Made by a program: the position numbers and the translations under genes. DNA of 37,582 nt from an uncultured Bacteroidales bacterium (GTDB lineage Bacteria; Bacteroidota; Bacteroidia; Bacteroidales; Muribaculaceae): contig CACZNP010000174.1 in the NCBI GenBank assembly GCA_902782545.1, forward strand, positions 1-37,582. The letters are read 5' to 3'. Position 1 is the stretch's first letter, and every line of letters begins with the position of its first letter. Positions 28,878 to 37,582 of the stretch are shown piece by piece. The notes beneath the pieces are model-generated. The model ran no database searches and was not told where the DNA came from. It was given only the letters and a program-made list of their open reading frames with translations.

Positions 28878-29114
28878 TCAATACAAGCAAACCGACACCA
28901 CGTTGTTCTTCACGTCGGCCACGCCACCATGAATTTCGCGGCTCTCGGTACGGCCTTCGGCCACCCAACTCACTGTGCCTTTGGTCAAAGCGGCAATGAG
29001 GGCGGCATGGTTCTTGAGCACTTGGAACTGCCCCATTACACCAGGCAAAGTCACTAGTTCCACCGCGCCCTCGAACTCAATCTGCTCGGCCGATATGATT
29101 TTGAGTGTCATCAT
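28878..29114 (-). CDS. atpC: F1 ATP synthase epsilon subunit (N-terminal beta-sandwich only)
   Basis: VTLPGVMGQFQVLKNHAALI, HGGVADV; 78 aa with no C-terminal helices. Confidence 0.92.
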   Translation of the reverse strand: MMTLKIISAEQIEFEGAVELVTLPGVMGQFQVLKNHAALIAALTKGTVSWVAEGRTESREIHGGVADVKNNVVSVCLY

Positions 29115-29132
29115 CTCTTATATATTGTTCCA

Positions 29133-30668
<1,536 letters not shown>

Positions 30669-30692
30669 TTATTGTTTATTCTTTATCGATTG

Positions 30693-31769
30693 TCAAAAGT
30701 GCCAGCCGTTGGTCACCACCAAGGCCATCACCACCAGGTTCACCAGCCCTATGGGCATGAGATAACGCCATTCAAGGGCCAGCATCTGGTCGATGCGCAC
30801 ACGCGGGAATGACCAGCGTATCCACATGAAGACGAAGGTCATGAAAAAGGCCTTGCCCAGGAACCAAACCAGCGAGGGAATGTAATCCATCACAGCGTTG
30901 AAACCATCCCAGCCGGGAATGTGCAAAGGCATCCAGCCACCCAAGAACAACAGGGCTGCAATGCCACTGACCACAAACAGGTTCAGATACTCGGCCAGAT
31001 AGAACAGGCCGTAATGGATTCCCGAATACTCGGTGTGGTAGCCGGCGGTCAACTCATGCTCGGCCTCAGGAAGGTCGAACGGGCCACGGTTGTTCTCGGC
31101 ATTGGCTGCAACGATGTAGATGATGAATGCCACAATGGCAGGCAGATGGCCCTTGAACAAGAACCAACCGTCGTTCTGTGCCTCGACAATGCCACTGATC
31201 GACATTGTGCCGGCCAGACACACCATCGTGAGCACCGAAATGCCCACCGACAACTCATAACTGATCATTTGGGCACCGCTGCGCATGGCACCAATCAATG
31301 TGTACTTGCTGTTGCTCGACCAGCCTGCCAGCAGAATTCCCAGCACGCCAATCGACGAGACGGCGATGATGAAGAAAGCGCCGATGTTCATGTCCACAAT
31401 TTGCATTCCCTTGCCCCAAGGCAGGCATGCAAAGGTCATCACCGATGCAATCACCACCAGGAACGGGGCTAAAAAGAACAGGAACTTGTCGGTGTGCCAC
31501 AGGGTGATGATTTCCTTGGTCAAAATCTTGAACACGTCGGCAAAAATCTGCAACGAGCCGCCAGGACCCACACGGATGGGGCCGCGACGGCACTGTATCC
31601 AGCCGCACACCCAACGCTCGTACATGATGTAGAACATGGCCAGCACCGAATAGGCCAGCAGCAGCACCAGTGCCACGATGACACACTCCAGCGTCGTCGC
31701 CAGCCAGTCTGGCATGGCCTCATTGAACACATGGTTAAGCCATTTTGTGACTATACTAAAGTCGAACAT
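30693..31769 (-). CDS. nuoH: Complex I subunit H
   Basis: ERWVCGWIQCRRGP, ADVFKILTKE, GAMRSGAQMISYE, RGPFDLPEAEHELTAGYHTEYSG, PRVRIDQ. Confidence 0.96.
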   Translation of the reverse strand: MFDFSIVTKWLNHVFNEAMPDWLATTLECVIVALVLLLAYSVLAMFYIMYERWVCGWIQCRRGPIRVGPGGSLQIFADVFKILTKEIITLWHTDKFLFFLAPFLVVIASVMTFACLPWGKGMQIVDMNIGAFFIIAVSSIGVLGILLAGWSSNSKYTLIGAMRSGAQMISYELSVGISVLTMVCLAGTMSISGIVEAQNDGWFLFKGHLPAIVAFIIYIVAANAENNRGPFDLPEAEHELTAGYHTEYSGIHYGLFYLAEYLNLFVVSGIAALLFLGGWMPLHIPGWDGFNAVMDYIPSLVWFLGKAFFMTFVFMWIRWSFPRVRIDQMLALEWRYLMPIGLVNLVVMALVVTNGWHF

Positions 31770-31805
31770 AATCGTATCTTGTTAAGTGTTAAGTTCTCTA
31801 ATCCT

Positions 31806-33455
31806 TTACCTGTCAATATCGGGAATCACAAAGTCGATCGAAGCCGTGATGGTAATCAGGTCGGCAATCATGTTGTCGCGACACGTGAGGTCCACCACAC
31901 CCACCCGATTGAAACAGGGCGACTGGAAGTGCATGCGGTAGGGCTTCTGGAACGGCTTGGGGTCGCCATCACTCTCGATGTAGACACCAAACGCGCCACG
32001 CGAGGCCTCCACTTGCTGATACCAGTGTCCGGCGGGCAACTTGATGAGTTTGGGCACCTTGGCAGCCACATATTCGTTGCCTTCCTCGGCCTCAAGTTTG
32101 TCGCAGGCCTGGCGCAGAATCTTGATGCTCTGCTCCATCTCCTTCATGCGCACCATGTAGCGTGCCATGCTGTCGCCCGCTGTGTCGAGCACCTCGTCAA
32201 AGTCGAACTCGTTGTAGAGCGAGTAAGGATGGGTTTTGCGCACATCGCAATGCACCCCGCTGGCACGTCCACTGGGACCGGTCACAGCATAATCGATGGC
32301 CTGCTCACGGCTCAGCAATCCCACGCCGATCATGCGGTTGCGGGCAATGACATTGCCTGTGAACAGTTGGTGATACTCCTTGAGGGCTTTCTCAATGACA
32401 TCGCAAGCGTGGCGAACGTCTTTCACAAAGTCGGGATGAACATCGGCCACCACGCCACCGATGGTGGCATAACTCATCGACATGCGTGCGCCGCAGGTCT
32501 TGTCGAAAATATCATAAATCAACTCACGCTCACGGAATCCGTAGAAAAATGCCGTGGTGGCGCCTTGGTCCATAGTCAGACACCCGTAACTGAGCAGGTG
32601 CGACGACAGACGCATCAACTCGTCCATCATCAAGCGGATAAGTTCCGCGCGATGGGGCACCTCGATGCCCAGCGCCTTCTCAATGCACATGCACAGGCAG
32701 TGGCGGTTGATGTGAGCAGCCATGTAGTCCATGCGCTCGGTGTAGAGCAGGGTCTGCGGATAAGTGAGGCTCTCGCACATCTTCTCGATGCCACGGTGAA
32801 TGTATCCACTCACCACATCCACCTTCTTGATGATCTCACCGTCGAGCGAAGCGCGGTAGCGCATCACTCCGTGCGTGGATGGATGCTGAGGCCCAAAGTT
32901 GATGACATACTCATCGTCTTCAAACACCTTGCCGTCCACTTTGGTCACTTGGCCGTTCTCGTCCTCCACCCAGCGGCAGGTATAGTCCTCGTTGGGTTCA
33001 TCGTCGAGTCGCAGCGGGTTGAGTTCGGGGTTGTCGTCGTAGTCCTTGCGCAGGGGGTGTCCCACCCAGTCGCTACGCAGGAAAAAGCGGCGCATGTCGG
33101 GGTGGTTGATGAACACGATGCCAAAGAAATCATAAACCTCGCGTTCTTGGTAATTGGCCACCGACCACAGGTCACTCACACTGTGCAAGCGGGGGTTCTC
33201 GCGGTCGGCAGTGGCCACCTTCACATGAATCACCTCCTGTGTGTCGGTGTTGGTCAGGTAGTAGACACATCCCATCGAGTCTTTCCAGTCCACACCCACC
33301 AGGGCGGTGAGGTAGTCGAAGTGCAGTTTCTCCTTCAGGGCCTGTGCCAAGCAGTGCCAGTGAGCATCGTCCACAGTCACCAACAGAAACTCTCCGTCGG
33401 TGTCGAATTGTGCTTGTGGGCACAACTCACTGATTTTATCTTTCAATTCTGCCAT
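31806..33455 (-). CDS. nuoCD: Fused complex I subunit C/D
   Basis: NuoC part EREVYDFFGI...GHPLRKD. NuoD part NFGPQHPSTHGV, GYIHRGIEK, ERMDY, C-terminal DFVIPDIDR. No NiFe CxxC motifs. Confidence 0.95.
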   Translation of the reverse strand: MAELKDKISELCPQAQFDTDGEFLLVTVDDAHWHCLAQALKEKLHFDYLTALVGVDWKDSMGCVYYLTNTDTQEVIHVKVATADRENPRLHSVSDLWSVANYQEREVYDFFGIVFINHPDMRRFFLRSDWVGHPLRKDYDDNPELNPLRLDDEPNEDYTCRWVEDENGQVTKVDGKVFEDDEYVINFGPQHPSTHGVMRYRASLDGEIIKKVDVVSGYIHRGIEKMCESLTYPQTLLYTERMDYMAAHINRHCLCMCIEKALGIEVPHRAELIRLMMDELMRLSSHLLSYGCLTMDQGATTAFFYGFRERELIYDIFDKTCGARMSMSYATIGGVVADVHPDFVKDVRHACDVIEKALKEYHQLFTGNVIARNRMIGVGLLSREQAIDYAVTGPSGRASGVHCDVRKTHPYSLYNEFDFDEVLDTAGDSMARYMVRMKEMEQSIKILRQACDKLEAEEGNEYVAAKVPKLIKLPAGHWYQQVEASRGAFGVYIESDGDPKPFQKPYRMHFQSPCFNRVGVVDLTCRDNMIADLITITASIDFVIPDIDR

Positions 33456-33502
33456 ATTTTATTAAAAGGTAGGGTTGTTGTTTCTACGTTGGGTCTCACA
33501 AA

Positions 33503-34099
33503 TCACTTCTCGGCGACATATTCCAGTCGTTTCTCCTTGCGGTTGGCACCACCCAGGAACTTGCTCACCTTGATTTTGCGTTGCAACTGCATCAAGGCAT
33601 AGAACATGGCCTCGGGGCGCGGAGGGCAGCCAGGAAGGTACACATCCACGGGAATGATCTCGTCGATGCCCTTGACCACACAATAACTGTTCTTGAACGG
33701 GCCACCACTCACGGTGCAGGCTCCGCAAGCAATCACATACTTGGGCTCGGCCATCTGTTCGTACAGACGCTTCAGGGCGGGGGCCATGCGATAGGTGATG
33801 GTTCCCTGGCACATGATGTAGTCGGCCTGACGGGGGCTGTTGCGGGCCACCTCGGCACCAAAACGGGCCATGTCGTAGCGGGCGGCTCCCAGACACATGA
33901 ACTCAATGGCGCAGCAACTGGTGCCAAAGCAGAACGGCCACAGCGAGTTGCTGCGGCTCCAGTTGAGCAATTGGTCGAGTTTACCCACCACCACGTTCAC
34001 GCCTCCGGCGTTCAACTCGGCCACGAGTTGCTCGATGTACTCATTGTCCTTGAAGTCTTCATACTTCATGCTCTTGATGCGAGGTTTTTTCACTTCCAT
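33503..34099 (-). CDS. nuoB: Complex I subunit B
   Basis: Start reassigned to ATG 34099 (MEVKKPRIK). Tandem-Cys [37 protein letters not shown]. Overlaps the nuoA stop. Confidence 0.95.
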   Translation of the reverse strand: MEVKKPRIKSMKYEDFKDNEYIEQLVAELNAGGVNVVVGKLDQLLNWSRSNSLWPFCFGTSCCAIEFMCLGAARYDMARFGAEVARNSPRQADYIMCQGTITYRMAPALKRLYEQMAEPKYVIACGACTVSGGPFKNSYCVVKGIDEIIPVDVYLPGCPPRPEAMFYALMQLQRKIKVSKFLGGANRKEKRLEYVAEK

Positions 34100-34464
34100 C
34101 TCAACGCTCCTTTCTTCCAGGCATAAGCCAGACCTAAAACAAGAATCACCAGAAAAGTACCCACGGCCAGCAGGGCCTGATTGCCCAGCGAACGGCAGAT
34201 GGTTGCCCACGGGAACAAGAACACCGTTTCCACATCGAACATCAAGAACAAGATGGCAAACAGGTAATAACCCACATGGAACTGTGCCATTGAATCACCG
34301 CGGGTGGGAATTCCACACTCGTAGGGCTCACCTTTTTTCTTGGTGTAACTGCGAGGCCCCACAATCCATGCGATAATCAAGGCTCCGGCCACCAGTACCA
34401 CAGCAGTGATTGCCGCCGTGACCGCCAGTGTCGTACTTTGAATACCGAAAATTGATGTATCCAT
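34090..34464 (-). CDS. nuoA: Complex I subunit A
   Basis: Start reassigned to ATG 34464 (MDTSIFG). [31 protein letters not shown]. Confidence 0.95.
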   Translation of the reverse strand: MDTSIFGIQSTTLAVTAAITAVVLVAGALIIAWIVGPRSYTKKKGEPYECGIPTRGDSMAQFHVGYYLFAILFLMFDVETVFLFPWATICRSLGNQALLAVGTFLVILVLGLAYAWKKGALRWK

Positions 34465-34588
34465 AAATATTAGTCTAAGTTTGTATTTTTCTCGACCTGT
34501 AACACAAATACGCCACAACCATCTCACTCACACCTCTTTACCTCTCACAAAGGGCTTTGGCGCGACCGAGACAGTGCGTTTTGTTGCG

Positions 34589-34596
34589 CAAAGATA
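34589..34596 (-). promoter_or_regulatory. Sigma-A -7 element (TATCTTTG) for the nuo-atp-nuo unit
   Basis: caaagata on + strand, ~125 nt upstream of the nuoA ATG. No consensus -33 element. Confidence 0.55.
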
Positions 34597-34791
34597 CAAA
34601 ATCTTTTTCAGTTTCACCCCACCCCACCGCAACTAATTGCGACATTAATTCTAAAAATATTCATGTTCAGGCGGATAGAAGCCATGTATTCCATCGTCCC
34701 TTTCATTCATGGCATTTGGAGCGGGACCGAGACGATGACGGCCCAGCCATCGGCCAACGGGACGCTCACCAGAAAATCCCCACTTGTAGTG

Positions 34792-34823
34792 ATTGCATGT
34801 GTGGAGCGGGTTTCGTAATTTTG
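34792..34823 (+). promoter_or_regulatory. Sigma-A promoter ATTG-N20-TAATTTTG immediately before the TBDR start codon
   Basis: TAATTTTG at 34816-34823, followed by CGGCC and ATG at 34829. Confidence 0.6.
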
Positions 34824-34828
34824 CGGCC

Positions 34829-37045
34829 ATGAAACAACGCATCTGCATGGCCGTTTGTGCCACCATCGCTGCCATTACCGCTCTCGCCGCCGAGCCCGAC
34901 ACCTTGCGCCTGGCCGAGGTCACCGTCACTGCCATCAAGCAGTCGGCCGACCTGTCGCGTCAAGCCAGTGCCATCACTGTGCTCGACCGTGGCGATGTGG
35001 AACGCAACAATGTGATGACCTCGCGTGCGGCGACCACGCAGGTGCCCAATGTGTTCATCCCCGACTATGGGTCGCGGATGACAAGCACCATCTATGTGCG
35101 TGGCATCGGCACCCGCATCGACCAACCCGCCGTGGGCCTCACCGTGGACAACGTGCCGGTGATGTGCAAGGAGAATTACGACGTGGACCTGGTCGACATT
35201 GGCCGAGTGGAAACGCTACGCGGGCCGCAAAGCACTCTCTTTGGGCGCAACACCCTGGGTGGGGTGATGAATGTGTACACGCTGTCGCCACTCAACTATC
35301 AAGGCACGCGTGTGCTGGCACAATACGGCTCACACAACACTTGGAGGCTGGGAGGAGGGCATTATGCACGGCCCAAACCGCAACTGGGACTGGCGGCCAC
35401 TGCCTACTACACCAGCACCGAGGGCGAATTCACCAACCAGTACAACGGACGCCGCACCGATTGGGAGCGCCAGGGCAGCGGACGCATCAAGGTGGACTGG
35501 CTGCCGGCCGACGGGTGGCAGGTGGCCAACGTGCTGTCGCTGAGCGTGAGCAGGCAGGGTGGCTACCCCTACGAATACCTTGCCACCGGTCAAATCGCCT
35601 ACAACGACACCTGCTTCTACCGTCGCACATCGGTGATGGACGGCCTGACGGTGACTCACCGCGGGCCATGGTATTCCCTGTCGTCCATCACCAGTTACCA
35701 GTACATCAACGACAACATGACCCTGGACCAAGACTTCACCACACTGCCCTATTTCACCTTGACGCAAGCACGACGCGAGCACGCCGTGACCCAGGACTTG
35801 GTGCTGCGGGACATTGCCGCCGGACAATATCACTGGCTGGCGGGGCTGTGGGGATTCTACCGGCACATGACCATGGACGCCCCTGTCACTTTCAAGGACA
35901 CGGGCATCGCCAGCCTCATCGAGGAACATGTGAACGAGGCCATCCCGGCCTATCCGGTGATGTGGGACACCCGCGAGTTTGTGTTGGGCAGCCACTTCAC
36001 CAGCCCCACATGGGGCATGGCGGCCTACCACCAGAGCACCCTGCAATTGGGGCAATGGACGCTGACCGCCGGCGTACGGCTGGACTACGAGCACTCCACG
36101 CTGCGCTATCACAGCGAGACTCATACCGGCTACAGCATCTGGAACCGGCACACCGACTCGCTCCATGGCCACGAAGCCATCGACATCGACGACCGCGGCC
36201 ACCTGTCCAAGGACGTTTTCGAGATTCTGCCTCGACTGAGCGTTGTGTGGCAACCCAGCGAAAACCGGCCGCACACCATCCATGCCTCCGTGAGCCGCGG
36301 CAGCAAAGCCGGAGGATTCAACACACAGATGTTCAGCGATGTGCTGCAGCAACGGCTCATGGGCATGATGGGCATCGGAGCCAGTTACGACGTGGACCGC
36401 ATCGTGGGCTACAAGCCTGAACGGGCATGGAACTACGAGGTGGGGGCGCATCTGGCATCGGGCAACAACCGCCTGACGGCCGATGTGGGCCTGTTCTACA
36501 TGGATTGCCGCAACCGACAACTCACCGTCTTCCCCGACGGCACAACCACGGGGCGCGTGATGACCAACGCCGGACAAACTCGCTCGCTGGGCGTCGAAGC
36601 CGCCCTGCAAGCACGGCTCACCGAGCGCACCACCCTCGTAGCCAGTTACGGCTGGTGCGACGCGCGCTTTGTGAAATACCACGACGGCAAAGCCGACTAC
36701 AAGGACAAACAGGTGCCCTACTCGCCGGCTCACACCCTCTTCGCAGAGGCACGGCACAACATCGGGCTGGGTGGCGACAACCGCACGCTCACCCTCGCTG
36801 TCAATGTGCAGGGGGCAGGACACATTCACTGGAACGAGGCAAACACGGTGACACAACCGTTCTACGCCCTGCTCGGGGCCAACGCCACGCTGCAACTCAA
36901 GCACATCGGACTGCAGTTGTGGGGCACCAACCTCACGGGCACACGATATCGCACTTTCTACTTTGTCTCCATAGGGCACGAATTCCTCCAGCGCGGGCAT
37001 GGACGGGCATTGGGGGCAACACTGAGATTGAACTTTAACACATAA
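34829..37045 (+). CDS. TonB-dependent outer-membrane receptor (non-SusC; metal/cofactor uptake type)
   Basis: Signal peptide; TonB box-like LAEVTVTA; plug IYVRGIG and RVETLRGPQSTLFGRNTLGGVMN; YKPERAWNYEVG; C-terminal beta strand LRLNF. Confidence 0.9.
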   Translation: MKQRICMAVCATIAAITALAAEPDTLRLAEVTVTAIKQSADLSRQASAITVLDRGDVERNNVMTSRAATTQVPNVFIPDYGSRMTSTIYVRGIGTRIDQPAVGLTVDNVPVMCKENYDVDLVDIGRVETLRGPQSTLFGRNTLGGVMNVYTLSPLNYQGTRVLAQYGSHNTWRLGGGHYARPKPQLGLAATAYYTSTEGEFTNQYNGRRTDWERQGSGRIKVDWLPADGWQVANVLSLSVSRQGGYPYEYLATGQIAYNDTCFYRRTSVMDGLTVTHRGPWYSLSSITSYQYINDNMTLDQDFTTLPYFTLTQARREHAVTQDLVLRDIAAGQYHWLAGLWGFYRHMTMDAPVTFKDTGIASLIEEHVNEAIPAYPVMWDTREFVLGSHFTSPTWGMAAYHQSTLQLGQWTLTAGVRLDYEHSTLRYHSETHTGYSIWNRHTDSLHGHEAIDIDDRGHLSKDVFEILPRLSVVWQPSENRPHTIHASVSRGSKAGGFNTQMFSDVLQQRLMGMMGIGASYDVDRIVGYKPERAWNYEVGAHLASGNNRLTADVGLFYMDCRNRQLTVFPDGTTTGRVMTNAGQTRSLGVEAALQARLTERTTLVASYGWCDARFVKYHDGKADYKDKQVPYSPAHTLFAEARHNIGLGGDNRTLTLAVNVQGAGHIHWNEANTVTQPFYALLGANATLQLKHIGLQLWGTNLTGTRYRTFYFVSIGHEFLQRGHGRALGATLRLNFNT

Positions 37046-37066
37046 CATTAATAAACAACGACAAAA

Positions 37067-37549
37067 ATGAAAAAATTCCTTTCAATGATGGCCATTGTGG
37101 CCCTGATGATGACAACTGCGGCATGCGGCGATGATGACAACAGTGACGACCCCAAGTCGCCCACAAACAGCGCATGGAACAGTGTCCACGAATTATCCAC
37201 CGACGCACATTTCACGTTCTATCCCACCCAGCAACAAGGTATTGAAAAATTCAGCGGATATGGCACCATTATGCTCTACAACGTGCAGTTCTCCATCGGC
37301 GAGCGCGTCTCTCCCAAAATGAACATCCGCATCGACGCACCCGTAAGCACCCAAAAGGACCAAATCACCTACAGCGGAACCGATATCATCCCCTATCTGA
37401 TCATGGGCAGCACACCCACACCGGCCGAGCAGTTTGTGGTCACCAACCTCACCGCCACCGTCGACACAAAGAACAAAACCTACTCCATCTCCTTCGACTG
37501 CCACGGGGGCCACTTCTCCCACCAGGGCAACGTCACAATGGCCATGTGA
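37067..37549 (+). CDS. Small beta-rich lipoprotein, probable surface partner of the TBDR (calycin-like by inspection)
   Basis: Lipobox TAAC followed by acidic GDDDNSDD, resembling the Bacteroidetes lipoprotein export signal; starts 21 nt after the TBDR stop. Confidence 0.7.
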   Translation: MKKFLSMMAIVALMMTTAACGDDDNSDDPKSPTNSAWNSVHELSTDAHFTFYPTQQQGIEKFSGYGTIMLYNVQFSIGERVSPKMNIRIDAPVSTQKDQITYSGTDIIPYLIMGSTPTPAEQFVVTNLTATVDTKNKTYSISFDCHGGHFSHQGNVTMAM

Positions 37550-37582
37550 GGCCCAGATGTGATAAAAATATTTAAAAATTGA

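Noticed and set aside
31806-34099. Group 4 [NiFe]-hydrogenase or Ech interpretation of the nuo-like genes
   Set aside because: The large subunit has no N- or C-terminal CxxC Ni ligands (it ends DFVIPDIDR), NuoB has the complex I tandem Cys, and nuoA/J/K are present.
34600-34828. Cobalamin/TPP riboswitch, Fur box or tRNA-Gly remnant upstream of the TBDR
   Set aside because: Only fragmentary resemblance (ccgcaact, a TTTAGAAT half-site, tggagcggga). Core consensus elements and a cloverleaf are missing, and the likely promoter lies downstream of this region.

Overview
This is a 37.6 kb chromosomal window from a Bacteroidales bacterium, probably Muribaculaceae-like. That placement is inferred from TAnnTTTG promoters, T9SS C-terminal domains, Gln-starting mature proteins and the atpDC-BEFHAG order. 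The left part (28-13220) is a putative peptidoglycan-processing island. It holds a GT2, a large Amidase_3/FN3 protein of the 'xanthan lyase' class, a MurK/BadF-like sugar kinase, a tandemly duplicated [beta-propeller + Amidase_3] module in which only one amidase has a T9SS signal, and a divergent PepD with altered motifs. The middle holds a T9SS cargo with two repeated domains and a gmd-fcl-Nudix operon. The right part (17436-34464, minus strand) is the most striking feature: the complete F-type ATP synthase operon (atpD-C-B-E-F-H-A-G) sits inside an 11-subunit, NuoEFG-less complex I operon, between nuoH and nuoI. The apparent result is one 18-gene, ~17 kb unit with one promoter, one terminator and an H+-type c subunit. 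The window ends with an apparently leaderless TonB-dependent receptor and a partner lipoprotein. I saw no rRNA, tRNA, CRISPR array or mobile element. All calls come from motif recognition by eye; no database search was run.
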